Shown: positions 20,094 to 30,254, counted from the stretch's first letter. The stretch is DNA of 64,000 nt from Candidatus Kaiserbacteria bacterium RIFOXYB1_FULL_46_14 (GCA_001783525.1 MFMS01000004.1:28741-92740); one strand, 5' to 3'. Numbers and translations are program-made. The notes: a model not told the origin generated them from the letters alone.

Positions 20094-21302
20094 CTAGATC
20101 GATGCCGTAAGGTTGTAGATCGGCATCAATACAGAAGCGAGCAACGTACCAACGCCGAGACCAAGTAGAACGATCATGACAGGCTCAATCAGTCCGATCA
20201 GGGTATCGACGGCGTTATTTACTTCACGATTGTAAAATGTAGCGAGCGTCTTCATGATCTCGGAAAGATTACCCGTTTCCTCTCCCACCTTGGCCATTTG
20301 CGAAAGTACGCCAGGAATTTCTGGATACTCGCCGATAGCATCTGCAAAAGAACGGCCGCCCTTCACCTCCAACAAAGTATTTTCAAGAATCTCTTTAAAG
20401 ACGGCGTTGTCCACCACTTCAGAAGACACTTCAAGTGCTTGAACCATTGATATACCAGAAGCAAGCATCGTAGAGATGTTGTCGCAAATGCGAGTTAGAT
20501 AGAGTTTACGGAACAAGTCTCCAACGTATGGAATACTAATCTTGAATTCGTCGTAGGCGCGCTTGCCTACTGGTGTTCTAACAAAGCGCCAAGAAAACGC
20601 TCCAATAGCTGAACCCAGGACCAGAATGATACCGATATAATCGGTGACCAAATTAGACAAAGCGATCACAATCTTTGTATAGATCGGTAATTCCTGACCG
20701 GAATCGATCAAAATCTGACTAATGCGCGGGATAACAAGAGTTAGCATCAGACCCATCACAAGGATAAAGACTCCAATCACAAAGGTCGGATAGACCAGCG
20801 CATTACGCGCCTTCGTTACCACCTGATAAGTACGGTCTAAGTAATCCGCAAGATAGTTGAATGATTTTTCTAGCGAACCAGACTCTTCACCGCTGCGCAC
20901 CATGTTGATATAAAAAGAAGTGAAGACAGTAGGATGCGCCGCCAGTGAACGCGAAATCGAACTACCAGCCTGCAAATCATCAGCGATGTCATTTAAAACA
21001 TTGCGCATCTGGGGATTCTCCGCCTCGCTAGCAAGCAAACGAAAGATTCGGAGTGCCGACACTTGGGCATCGAAGAGGGTCGCTAACTGACGAGACAGAA
21101 TCACTACCTCCTTGTTGCTGATTCGTTGAAACCACTTGATCTCAAGATTAAAAATACTTTTTGATTCTTCAATCGGATCAATCGAAATAACCGTGTAGCT
21201 GCGTTTTTGCACGGTCGCAATCGCGGCGTCTATATTAGAAGCCTCAACCGTACCTTCACGTTTGACATTATTTTGATCGATCGCTTTGTAAGAAAAAAGC
21301 AT
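20094..21302 (-). CDS. pilC: Type IV pilus platform protein PilC
   Basis: Two T2SSF domains (GEESGSL, GEETGNL, LIEPVMI). Confidence 0.95.
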   Translation of the reverse strand: MLFSYKAIDQNNVKREGTVEASNIDAAIATVQKRSYTVISIDPIEESKSIFNLEIKWFQRISNKEVVILSRQLATLFDAQVSALRIFRLLASEAENPQMRNVLNDIADDLQAGSSISRSLAAHPTVFTSFYINMVRSGEESGSLEKSFNYLADYLDRTYQVVTKARNALVYPTFVIGVFILVMGLMLTLVIPRISQILIDSGQELPIYTKIVIALSNLVTDYIGIILVLGSAIGAFSWRFVRTPVGKRAYDEFKISIPYVGDLFRKLYLTRICDNISTMLASGISMVQALEVSSEVVDNAVFKEILENTLLEVKGGRSFADAIGEYPEIPGVLSQMAKVGEETGNLSEIMKTLATFYNREVNNAVDTLIGLIEPVMIVLLGLGVGTLLASVLMPIYNLTASI

Positions 21303-21316
21303 ATGAAGAATTTATA

Positions 21317-22387
21317 CTACATCAGGCGCTCCAGTCCTTTTGGATTGACTGAATATGCAAAGGCGTTTTCGACGGTTATCTCCCCTTTGCGAACTAACTC
21401 GATCAATGAACGGTTCATGTCAATCATACCGTGTTCAAGACCAGTCTCGATCACGGTCTGCACTTCGTGAATGCGCCGTTCGCGGATTAGGTTGGATACC
21501 GCACTGTTGTTGATGAGGAGCTCAAAGGCTGGAACTAGACCGCCTTCAATCCTCGGCACCAGACGCTGTGAAAAAATACCCATCAGAGAGCCCGCCAACT
21601 GAACGCGTATCTGGTCTTGCTGACCGGCTGGGAAACTATCGATGATACGGTCGATGGTTTGGGCGGCGTTGTTGGTGTGTAAAGTAGAAAATACCAAGTG
21701 TCCGGTCTCAGCGGCAGTCACTGCCGTCGCAATTGTCTCAGAGTTACGCATTTCTCCAACCATAATCACGTCAATGTCTTGGCGAAAGACGGCATTAAGA
21801 CCGGCTGGGAAACTTGTAGTGTCAGTACCGATCTCACGTTGCTCAATAAGCGCTTGGTCGGGAGTGTACACGTATTCAATCGGGTCTTCGATTGTAACGA
21901 TATGATCAGCGCGCGTTTGGTTGATGAGCTGAAGCATCGCGGCCAGCGTGGTCGATTTGCCCTGACCAACTGGGCCAACGCACAAGAAGAAGCCTTGCGG
22001 TCTGTCGGTAAAGCTTTTAAGAATCGGCGGAAGCTTAAGATCCTCGAGTGTACGAATCTCATTAGGAATATGACGAAGTGCTATCGACGGACTGCCCTGC
22101 TGATGATAAGCATTGCCACGAAAGCGTACGCCGTTGTTCGCTCCGTAAGAGAAATCAACTTCGCTAGTCTTGGTAAATAGTTCGCGGCGTCCTGTGCTTA
22201 TCAAGACATCACAAAAACCGTAAATATCCTCAGCGGTCAACACTGGCTTTTTGATCAGCGGCACCAACGAACCCATGACTCGCACCACTGGATGCGAACC
22301 AACTGATAAGTGTATGTCTGAACCCTTTTCAGACACTATGATCTCGATCAAATCATCGAGTTCTCTTTTATAATCAACGCCAGCCAT
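21317..22387 (-). CDS. pilT: Type IV pilus retraction ATPase PilT
   Basis: GPVGQGKSTT, TIEDPIE, AVSNLIRE. Confidence 0.93.
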   Translation of the reverse strand: MAGVDYKRELDDLIEIIVSEKGSDIHLSVGSHPVVRVMGSLVPLIKKPVLTAEDIYGFCDVLISTGRRELFTKTSEVDFSYGANNGVRFRGNAYHQQGSPSIALRHIPNEIRTLEDLKLPPILKSFTDRPQGFFLCVGPVGQGKSTTLAAMLQLINQTRADHIVTIEDPIEYVYTPDQALIEQREIGTDTTSFPAGLNAVFRQDIDVIMVGEMRNSETIATAVTAAETGHLVFSTLHTNNAAQTIDRIIDSFPAGQQDQIRVQLAGSLMGIFSQRLVPRIEGGLVPAFELLINNSAVSNLIRERRIHEVQTVIETGLEHGMIDMNRSLIELVRKGEITVENAFAYSVNPKGLERLM

Positions 22388-22531
22388 ACTTCTATGTTTT
22401 GTTCATTATATACGGTATGCCCTAACAACGGCTGCCCAGTGTGGGTATAAGGAAAATTGATTAGTTATTCTGACTTTGAGTCGTTTAAAACGTCTTTTCA
22501 CTCCCAAGGCGCCAGATTCCCTTCTTCTTAT

Positions 22532-24439
22532 TTAAATCGTGTACTTATCTTTTTCTGTGGCCTTCTCGGTACTACCAACACCTGTACCCGGCTCCTTCAA
22601 ATCAGGTTTCCTCACTTCCTCTTTCGTCACATCAATCGGTTCACTTGTATCCGGCACATCGACTGAAGTATCGCTAGCCAAAAACTCGTCGGACACCGCC
22701 GACTCGGCACCGACCTTGGTGCCAAAGTCACTCACCTCAGCGTAAGGAATATGACCTTCTAGGGCTTTGATAATGGCATCTTCCTTCATACTCATAAAGC
22801 CATTTTGCCGAGCCACCTTATAGATTTGCTCTTCCGAGCCACCCTTAAGAATGAGGTCCTGAATCTGCTGATCAACCTCAAGCACTTCTATCACAGCGAT
22901 TCGCCCTTTAGTACCAGAGGCACAACCGGCTGACGGTTCAGCCTCCTGCACATGTTCAAATTTTGGAATTCGGTTGCGATATTTTTCTGGCAGAGTCTCA
23001 AACTCTTTGTCGAACATCAATTTCATACTTTGATCGACAGGCATTTCTTTACCCGGAGGGCAAATGCGTCGGGCCAGACGTTGCGCGATGGCCAGCTTCA
23101 AAGTAGGCGCGATTAGGTAAGGATCGACACCCATATCAATAAGTCGCGGAATCACACCGATCGAGTTGTTGGTGTGAATGGTAGATAAAACCAAGTGTCC
23201 TGTTAGTGCCGCTTGAATGGCGAGCTGGGCCGTTTCTTTATCACGAATCTCTCCCACCAAAATTACATCCGGGTCTTGGCGAAGCGCCGTGCGCAGTCCG
23301 TTGGCAAACGTGTACCCGATCTCAGGACGCACTTGAGATTGCGACACTCCTTCCATATTGTATTCAATCGGGTCTTCGAGCGAGAGCACGTTTTTGGTGG
23401 CGCGATCTACTTCGGCCAACATCGCATATAGTGTGGTGGACTTACCACTACCAGTCGGACCACTGATCAAAATGATTCCGTACGGTTCATCAACCATCCG
23501 CTTGATAGCGGCCAAGTGGTGGCCTGAGATACCAGTCTTCTCAAGTGTGCGTACTCCCTTTTCGTTATCAAGAATACGCATTACCACCTTTTCACCATGA
23601 CTGGTAGGTAAAGTAGAAACACGAAAATCTATCTTGCGACCATCAAAAGTTGCCGAGAAGCGGCCATCTTGCGGTTTTCGCTTTTCATCAAGACGCATTG
23701 AAGAAAGGATTTTGACGCGCGCCACGACGGCCGAATGGACATTTTTGGGTAGATCGAGACTAGTCTGAAGTAATCCATCCACTCGAAAGCGCACCCGCAC
23801 CTTCTCTCCTGTTGGTTCTACGTGAATGTCAGACGCTCCACCATCTACTGCATAGCGCAAGATCGTTGCTACCACCTTGGTCACCGGCGCATCTTCTTTG
23901 ATGTTCTCTTCTTTGGACTGACCTTCTTTTTCATTCTTGCGCTCTGCAATTTCGTTGTCGAGTTCGCTTTCAAGCGAAGTAAGTGCTTGTCCTACTTCCC
24001 CAGTCAAGTTGTCATAAGCCGAAAGCAGTTTGGCCAAATCGTCCGAAAGAAGAAACGTCAGCTTGTAAGGAACACTGTGCTTTGTACTGATAAAGCTTAG
24101 GGCTTCACGCAAACGCAAGTCTTCTGGATCGTTAACTCCTACCAACAACGTACCCTCTTCTAATTTTAGTGGAATGACCTGATAGTTGCGCGCGGCCTCA
24201 ACTGAAATAAACTGCAAGACATTTTGTGGCACGGTTTCATTCTCTGTTGGAGTATAGGCTGGTACACCATAAAATTCAGCCAATTTTTCACGCACTACCT
24301 CCCGAGCCACTCCGACTGAAAGGAGTGCTTGTTCTAACGAAGAACCATTTTGGACAGCCTCGCCAACAGCAGTAACCGAAGTCGCATCCAGTACTCCTTC
24401 TTGTTGTAATTTGGTGAGAAGTTCCATAACCAAGTTCAA
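22532..24439 (-). CDS. pilB: Type IV pilus assembly ATPase PilB (GspE/PulE family)
   Basis: ASDIHVEP, GPTGSGKSTTLY, LRQDPD. Confidence 0.95.
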   Translation of the reverse strand: MNLVMELLTKLQQEGVLDATSVTAVGEAVQNGSSLEQALLSVGVAREVVREKLAEFYGVPAYTPTENETVPQNVLQFISVEAARNYQVIPLKLEEGTLLVGVNDPEDLRLREALSFISTKHSVPYKLTFLLSDDLAKLLSAYDNLTGEVGQALTSLESELDNEIAERKNEKEGQSKEENIKEDAPVTKVVATILRYAVDGGASDIHVEPTGEKVRVRFRVDGLLQTSLDLPKNVHSAVVARVKILSSMRLDEKRKPQDGRFSATFDGRKIDFRVSTLPTSHGEKVVMRILDNEKGVRTLEKTGISGHHLAAIKRMVDEPYGIILISGPTGSGKSTTLYAMLAEVDRATKNVLSLEDPIEYNMEGVSQSQVRPEIGYTFANGLRTALRQDPDVILVGEIRDKETAQLAIQAALTGHLVLSTIHTNNSIGVIPRLIDMGVDPYLIAPTLKLAIAQRLARRICPPGKEMPVDQSMKLMFDKEFETLPEKYRNRIPKFEHVQEAEPSAGCASGTKGRIAVIEVLEVDQQIQDLILKGGSEEQIYKVARQNGFMSMKEDAIIKALEGHIPYAEVSDFGTKVGAESAVSDEFLASDTSVDVPDTSEPIDVTKEEVRKPDLKEPGTGVGSTEKATEKDKYTI

Positions 24440-24535
24440 AATTCCAACTCCAATGCTCTAATGAAGCAACACTTGCGACAAACAGCCCAGCTATTTTGTC
24501 ACTCTACGAACCCTACTACCTATAATGCCGCCAAT

Positions 24536-24820
24536 CTACTGAAACGGATTCTCGCGACCGGCCGGCACCTCCTGTGGAGCAGAGCTAAAATCAATCAATG
24601 AACGAAAGCGTGCATCGTCAAAGACGGTGCGCGATAGAGCAACTTGTTCTATATCATTGAGACGATTGAGAAACTCGCTAGTGAGTAACTGCCCTTCGCT
24701 ACCAGAAGACGTCTCTAGACCTGCATCTTTGTTGAGTATAAAAAGATAATAACCAGCGTAAGCTAGCGCGGCTAAAGCGGCAAAGACTAGGATGTTTTTA
24801 ACTAAGGAAGACATAATCAA
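24536..24820 (-). CDS. Small membrane-anchored pilus-cluster protein
   Basis: TM helix, C-terminal GRENPF; lies after the pilO-like gene. Confidence 0.75.
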   Translation of the reverse strand: MIMSSLVKNILVFAALAALAYAGYYLFILNKDAGLETSSGSEGQLLTSEFLNRLNDIEQVALSRTVFDDARFRSLIDFSSAPQEVPAGRENPFQ

Positions 24821-24824
24821 AATC

Positions 24825-25451
24825 CTAATTTCCTTTAAGCGAATAAGTCTCTACAACAAGATTGTACTCCAAAAGTGAATTGTCGGTCTCCTCAATGGCG
24901 AATTCAAATTCAAGCAACCGTAACGGGTAAGCATTTCGCTCCAGATCTTTCAAAAAAGATTTCATCTGATCGTAAGTGCCCACTACTGAAACTTTAAACT
25001 TCTGTGCGTACATACCGCTCTTTTGCGCTGTGCCCTCTGTCGTCTCAGCTGGAGGTGCGACCATTCCAGCATCAGCAGTCTGCTCAGCTACCACGCCCTG
25101 TTCATTTAAAGTGGTGGTGACCCGTACCGGAGTAGCTGGTTCAACCTCAAGCAAGAGGAGACCATTACTATCGGCCATATTGGATATGTCACGACCTACC
25201 ACAACGGCGTCAATCTCTTCTGGCAAATAACGGAAGAGATTTTCACGCTCGAGAGCAGACATTGCCTTTGCCTGATTGAGAAGGGCTTGGAGTCGTTGAT
25301 TATAACGGCCAATGTTATCGAGTGCAGTCCGGTAAGTCACCATCTCATTCTGCTGGTAAGCGATCTCAGAAAATTTTGGCTTGACCACAGTAAAAACGAT
25401 CACGACCGAGATCACGATGAGTACTATCTGAGTTCCAGCTTGAAATCGCAT
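24825..25451 (-). CDS. PilO-like protein
   Basis: N-terminal TM, coiled coil, GTYDQMKSFLKDLE; M-N-O gene order. Confidence 0.8.
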   Translation of the reverse strand: MRFQAGTQIVLIVISVVIVFTVVKPKFSEIAYQQNEMVTYRTALDNIGRYNQRLQALLNQAKAMSALERENLFRYLPEEIDAVVVGRDISNMADSNGLLLLEVEPATPVRVTTTLNEQGVVAEQTADAGMVAPPAETTEGTAQKSGMYAQKFKVSVVGTYDQMKSFLKDLERNAYPLRLLEFEFAIEETDNSLLEYNLVVETYSLKGN

Positions 25452-25460
25452 AATTTAAAA

Positions 25461-26180
25461 CTAAGTTTCACTTTCTACAGTCGTTGTCGCACTATCTCCA
25501 CTTACGCCTGGCTCGCCTTCTACCACACTAGCTTCTTCCACCACCGTCGAACTTGCCTCCGTTTCTACCACATCTGCAGTGTACGGGATCATTGATGCCG
25601 GCTTGGTGTCAGTGATGATGAAAGTGAGTGTGGTATTACCAGAAACTAAAGCACCGCCACTCTCACCCTGAACACTGTAATCGTATTTGGATACAGTGGC
25701 GTCTTTTAAGATTCCGGCATTCTTAAGTAGATCTTTTTGCCAAAGTACTTCATTCAAATCTCCAGCACGACCAGTTAGTGCCAGCTCATACTGACCGTTT
25801 GGTAAGTACTTGTACTTCATAGCAGAGAAACTGATGTTGTCCGCCACAACTGATTCTAGATCTGCAAAGATCTTTGAAGGTGCGGCTGATTCATTGACTA
25901 GCTTCTCAGTATTCTTAAGGCGCAGATCAAGCAACTTAACCATCTCAATATCAGAAGTGCTGAAACGTGATTGTTCAGTAACTAGCTGATCCTTTATAGA
26001 AGTGACTGAACGATTGACGCTCGAGGCGTAAAGAAAAACTCCGGCAACGGCAAAGAGTGTGCCGAAGAAAACTACATAGCTGACGTAACTAAGGACGTAA
26101 ATACGATGTGGCCCTCGTGTACGTACATTTGATACACGAGCGCTATTTTTGGGTATAAAAGAAGATCCTTGGCCTTCCAT
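25461..26180 (-). CDS. PilN-like protein
   Basis: SSFIPK N-terminus, TM helix; lies after pilM. Confidence 0.75.
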   Translation of the reverse strand: MEGQGSSFIPKNSARVSNVRTRGPHRIYVLSYVSYVVFFGTLFAVAGVFLYASSVNRSVTSIKDQLVTEQSRFSTSDIEMVKLLDLRLKNTEKLVNESAAPSKIFADLESVVADNISFSAMKYKYLPNGQYELALTGRAGDLNEVLWQKDLLKNAGILKDATVSKYDYSVQGESGGALVSGNTTLTFIITDTKPASMIPYTADVVETEASSTVVEEASVVEGEPGVSGDSATTTVESET

Positions 26181-26263
26181 AGAAATGATTATATGTTACT
26201 TAGTCACCTACCCCGCCTTTCTCTGTGTGGACAAGTTTCAGCGAATACAAGAGCGTGTAAAAA

Positions 26264-26332
26264 TAAAACTCCCAAAATGAGAGGAAATTCGACGGACTGG
26301 AGGAATTTTAACGACCAAAACGTAATCAACCT
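26264..26332. repeat. Truncated, diverged copy of the 127-bp element
   Basis: TAAAACTCCCAAAATGAGA...CTGGAGGAA...ACGACCAA.ACGTA.TCAACCT parallels 26354-26422. Confidence 0.7.
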
Positions 26333-26353
26333 GTAAACGAATAATTAAAAAAT

Positions 26354-26480
26354 TAAAACTCCCGAAATGAGATGAAGTTGCGTTTGCTGGAGGAAGGAAC
26401 ACGACCAAGACGTAGTCAACCTACGGCGCGGGAGTGATCCGACTGAAGCAAATACAAATTCGCTCATTTCGGGAGTTTTA
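26354..26480. repeat. 127-bp fold-back element, copy 2
   Basis: 18-bp perfect terminal IR TAAAACTCCCGAAATGAG; overlaps the pilM TAA. Confidence 0.85.
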
Positions 26481-27566
26481 TTGGAGGGTGCGAAGAGCGG
26501 CGCCTAATGCCACTCCAAAAGACGGCCCTATTTGACGCAATGTGTCCTCGAGGAAAGCCGGATAAGCAACCTTTCCAAACGGGTTTGCTAACTCCACTTG
26601 CCGACCTAGTCGATCCTGCGCAAATTCCTGCATGTAAGGTCCGGTAAATACTCCGCCAGACAATACGATACGTCCTATTGCCGCACCGGTACGCGACTCA
26701 TATTGTTCGATCATTCGGCGAAATTCAGATAACGAACCGTCCACTACGGTAGTGGTGATTTTGTATATTCCGGCGCCCTTCTCTTCGGCTCTATCATAAG
26801 AACGCTTAGCGTTCTCAGCCTCTTCAAATGGAATACTGAGTGTCTCAGACACACGGCGCGTGATCTCATATCCACCTTGCCCGGCGCGGTGCAAACGCTC
26901 TAGATTGCCTTGACGCACCAAATATAATTTGGCGGCACGGGCACCAATATCAACAATAGCCAACGTCGTATCTCCCTCACGCCATACCGAACGAATAAGA
27001 CTAAACACTTCGATCTCAGCCGGCTGCAAGGTCATCCCGATATTCATCAAAAGCGAACGATATTCTTCGAGGGCATTATTCTCAACCGCCGCCAACATCA
27101 CTTCGTGCATATTGTTTGCAGTCGGCGCGGTCGGGATCTCGGTCCAATCCAAGGTAACCTCGCTAAGTGGCAACGGTACATACTTACGAGCTTCTACAGG
27201 AATACGGGTCGCCAGATCATCTGATGAATTCGGCAATATCGGCAAAGTTATTACCGTGAGGAAACTAGAAGAAAGTGGCATTGCCAAGGCACCACTACGG
27301 CCCTTAACACCAGCCTCACGCAAGACATCTGTAACAGCCTCGACTCTATGCTGTTCTGAAAGAGTTACTATCTCGCCTAAAGACTTGCCCTCGTAAGGAC
27401 CAAGTTGTAGCTCGCCGTAAGTACGAAGGGCTATTGCCTTTTCGATATCTTCGAGCTCAACCACCTTTACTGAAGAACCGCCGATATCGATACCCACTGC
27501 CATTGATGACCGCGTCGGGGTATTACCATTCGCTCCCGAAAAAATTTTTTTGAAAGAAAAAGCCAT
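26478..27566 (-). CDS. pilM: Type IV pilus assembly protein PilM
   Basis: VGIDIGGSSVKVVE, EARKYVP, VDIGA, LSGG, VALGAALR. Confidence 0.93.
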   Translation of the reverse strand: MAFSFKKIFSGANGNTPTRSSMAVGIDIGGSSVKVVELEDIEKAIALRTYGELQLGPYEGKSLGEIVTLSEQHRVEAVTDVLREAGVKGRSGALAMPLSSSFLTVITLPILPNSSDDLATRIPVEARKYVPLPLSEVTLDWTEIPTAPTANNMHEVMLAAVENNALEEYRSLLMNIGMTLQPAEIEVFSLIRSVWREGDTTLAIVDIGARAAKLYLVRQGNLERLHRAGQGGYEITRRVSETLSIPFEEAENAKRSYDRAEEKGAGIYKITTTVVDGSLSEFRRMIEQYESRTGAAIGRIVLSGGVFTGPYMQEFAQDRLGRQVELANPFGKVAYPAFLEDTLRQIGPSFGVALGAALRTLQ

Positions 27567-27642
27567 AATAAGAACTCGCGCGACAAAAGTTCAGGTTACA
27601 ATTTGATGCACTGTAAATCATTTAGATTTTAACATACCAAAA

Positions 27643-28269
27643 ATGCTATCTCTGCTATTTAGATTGTGTGAGTGTGTGTTTAGAGAGCGTGACGAACACA
27701 AAATCGTACGTGAACTTTCGATTAATGATTTAAAAAACCACCTTTGTCCGACAAATCACTCTGACTTTGTGTTCCTTATGCCATTTGGCGAACCCGCTGT
27801 TCGTGCCGTTATCCATGAAGCAAAATTTCACGGCAATGAGAAAGCTTGGCGATTACTAGGAGAGATCTTATCCGACTACCTTAAACATTTTCCAGAAGAA
27901 TCAATAGTCATACCGATACCGCTTTCATCTACCAGACTAAGGCAGCGTGGTTACAACCAAGTAACCGAGGTAGCACAGCGAAGCGGAATGACGACGTCTA
28001 GCAAACCACCCTCCTCTTCACTCCCCCGACTTCGCGCCGACCTCCTCTACCGCAAGCGTGACACCACTCCCCAGACGTCCTTGACGCGACAAGAAAGACT
28101 GAAGAATGTCACCGAGGCCTTCGGCGTCCGCAACCAGCCTGACATCAGTGGCGCGCATATCATTGTTCTCGATGATGTGGCGACAACTGGGGCAACGCTG
28201 AAAGCGGCCGAAGCTACGCTTCGGCCGCTCCGTCCTGCCTCTATTACACTGCTTGCCCTTGCACACTAG
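27643..28269 (+). CDS. comF: ComF family phosphoribosyltransferase-like competence protein
   Basis: RGYNQ, RLKNVTEAF, VLDDVATTGATL. Confidence 0.9.
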   Translation: MLSLLFRLCECVFRERDEHKIVRELSINDLKNHLCPTNHSDFVFLMPFGEPAVRAVIHEAKFHGNEKAWRLLGEILSDYLKHFPEESIVIPIPLSSTRLRQRGYNQVTEVAQRSGMTTSSKPPSSSLPRLRADLLYRKRDTTPQTSLTRQERLKNVTEAFGVRNQPDISGAHIIVLDDVATTGATLKAAEATLRPLRPASITLLALAH

Positions 28270-29491
28270 CTAGTCGTTCCAACGCCACAATAAACGCCGC
28301 TACTCGAAGTGGAACCTTTTTTTCCTCTGCTCTCTGCCAAATCAGATCGGCTTGCGGTACAAGTGTCTCTTTCAACTTCGTTAACACCTTTTCCTCTTCC
28401 CAATGCTCCCCTGCCAAATTTTGTTCCCATTCAAAAGTAGAAACTATTACCCCACCAGCATTAGCCAGAATGTCCGGCACAACCACTGCTCCGCGCTGGT
28501 GCAAGATTTCATCGGCTTCCGGTGTTGTTGGTCCGTTGGCAAGCTCTAGAATCAACTTTGCAGATACGCGCGAAACATTTTGATCGGTGATTTGATTTTC
28601 AAGTGCCGCTGGTACCAATACATCAACCGGCAACTCCAAAAGTTCAGCATTACTAATCTCCTTCGCGTCAGAGAAACCTGTGAGTGTGTGGTGTTCTTCC
28701 TTATATTTTTCAACCTCTTCTGGATCGAGACCGTTTTCATTGTAGATACCACCTTTTGAATCAGACATCGCCACCACTTTGTAACCATGCGAGGCAAATA
28801 TTTTGGCGGCGTGTCCACCTACATTACCCATTCCCTGTATCGCCACACTAGCTCCTTCTGCTACGCCGGCTCGTGCACGGACTGCATCAAATACATAAAA
28901 ACCGCCGAGGCCAGTAGCGGCACCACGTCCTTCTGAACCCTGTCTATTTTGCGGTCTCGTGCCACCGATCGGCTTTCCGGTAAAAGTCGCGTCAGTTTGA
29001 TCACCGGACAACTTCGCGTATTCATCTACCATCCAGGCCATTATTTCTGGAGTGGTATTTACGTCTGGAGCCGGCACATCTACCCTAGGGCCGATATCGC
29101 GCCAGAGTGCGCGCACAAAACCGCGCGACAATCGTTCGAGCTCACTTACCGAAAGTTCTTTTGGATCAACTACGACACCACCTTTGCCGCCGCCCATCGC
29201 GATGCCAGCGACCGCAGTCTTCATTGTCATCCAAAGCGCCAGTGCTCTCACTTCATCGATGTCAGCGTTCTGATGAAAACGGATTCCTCCCTTGTACGGG
29301 CCACGCCAGTTGCAGTGTTGGACTCGATAACCTTCAAAAAAACGAAGCGTTCCATCATCCATTCGTACCGGAATAGTTACAGTAATTTCTTTTTCAGATC
29401 GAGATAGTTTCTCAATCAGATCACTCGGAAACTCCCCTACCTTTGCCGCTCCCCACAACTGCCGCAATGCGTTTTCAAATGGATTTATCAT
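28244..29491 (-). CDS. Glu/Leu/Phe/Val dehydrogenase (probably glutamate dehydrogenase)
   Basis: RGPYKGGIRF, GGGKGG, DVPAPD, QGMGNVG, ELANGP. Confidence 0.93.
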   Translation of the reverse strand: MINPFENALRQLWGAAKVGEFPSDLIEKLSRSEKEITVTIPVRMDDGTLRFFEGYRVQHCNWRGPYKGGIRFHQNADIDEVRALALWMTMKTAVAGIAMGGGKGGVVVDPKELSVSELERLSRGFVRALWRDIGPRVDVPAPDVNTTPEIMAWMVDEYAKLSGDQTDATFTGKPIGGTRPQNRQGSEGRGAATGLGGFYVFDAVRARAGVAEGASVAIQGMGNVGGHAAKIFASHGYKVVAMSDSKGGIYNENGLDPEEVEKYKEEHHTLTGFSDAKEISNAELLELPVDVLVPAALENQITDQNVSRVSAKLILELANGPTTPEADEILHQRGAVVVPDILANAGGVIVSTFEWEQNLAGEHWEEEKVLTKLKETLVPQADLIWQRAEEKKVPLRVAAFIVALERLASVQGQAV

Positions 29492-29656
29492 AAATTTAAT
29501 CAGTCCCTAAATCATACAACGCCCTCACTTTCTGCCGAAATTTCATATTTCTGCCGATTTGACGAACCTTGATTTATTATGCACAGTTCATATAAGGCTT
29601 GAAAAAATAGCCTTTTTCGATGATACACTATGGGCATAACAATAATTTAAACCGAA

Positions 29657-29911
29657 ATGGCAAAAGCAAATTCCGCTTTTATGAAGCCGATGAACCTGAG
29701 TGAAGATCTTGAAGCAGTAGTCGGAAAGGGTCCGATGCCTCGATCTGAGGTGGTAAAGGCGCTATGGGTATACATTAAAAAGAACGGCCTGCAGGATGAG
29801 AAGAACAAGCGCAATATCAATGCCGATGCCAACCTAAAGAAGATTTTCGATGGTAAGGGACAGGTTTCAATGTTTGAGATGACCAAGTTGGTCTCTAAGC
29901 ACATCTCCTAA
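29657..29911 (+). CDS. Stand-alone SWIB/MDM2 domain protein
   Basis: MPRSEVVKALWVYIKKNGLQD...INADANLKKIF...MFEMTKLVSKH. Confidence 0.93.
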   Translation: MAKANSAFMKPMNLSEDLEAVVGKGPMPRSEVVKALWVYIKKNGLQDEKNKRNINADANLKKIFDGKGQVSMFEMTKLVSKHIS

Positions 29912-30026
29912 TAACTACCGCAGATATTAATAAAACCGCCGGCCAGTATCCTCTGGCCGGCGGTTTTTATGCAAAAAGAAAACGCGGACAAAACTGTCCG
30001 CGCTTCTGGTCAATGGCGCCGATGAT

Positions 30027-30254
30027 TCACACCACGTCGAAGTGTTCGTCGGACCGATGAGCGATTCTGCGTGCCGGCTTTTTCATTTCCGGTTGCCAAT
30101 CCTCCCTTTCGACGAACCGACCGGCTTCGGCTTCCGAAGGCCGATATCGTTCAGTCAAGACCTTGCGAAAATTCGGGTCGTTTTCGTTTATTCCTTCATC
30201 CGCAAGAAGTTTTTTAATTTCTTTGAATGTAAAGGTTGCAAGTGTAACGTCCAT
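30027..30254 (-). CDS. Hypothetical protein (SD-led)
   Basis: AGGAGG 5 nt before ATG; hairpins downstream. Confidence 0.7.
   Translation of the reverse strand: MDVTLATFTFKEIKKLLADEGINENDPNFRKVLTERYRPSEAEAGRFVEREDWQPEMKKPARRIAHRSDEHFDVV

Noticed and set aside
20082-26234. DnaA-box-like 9-mers upstream of pilus genes (also exact boxes at 634-642 and 61818-61826)
   Set aside because: Isolated and mostly mismatched, with no cluster suggesting oriC; chance cannot be excluded.
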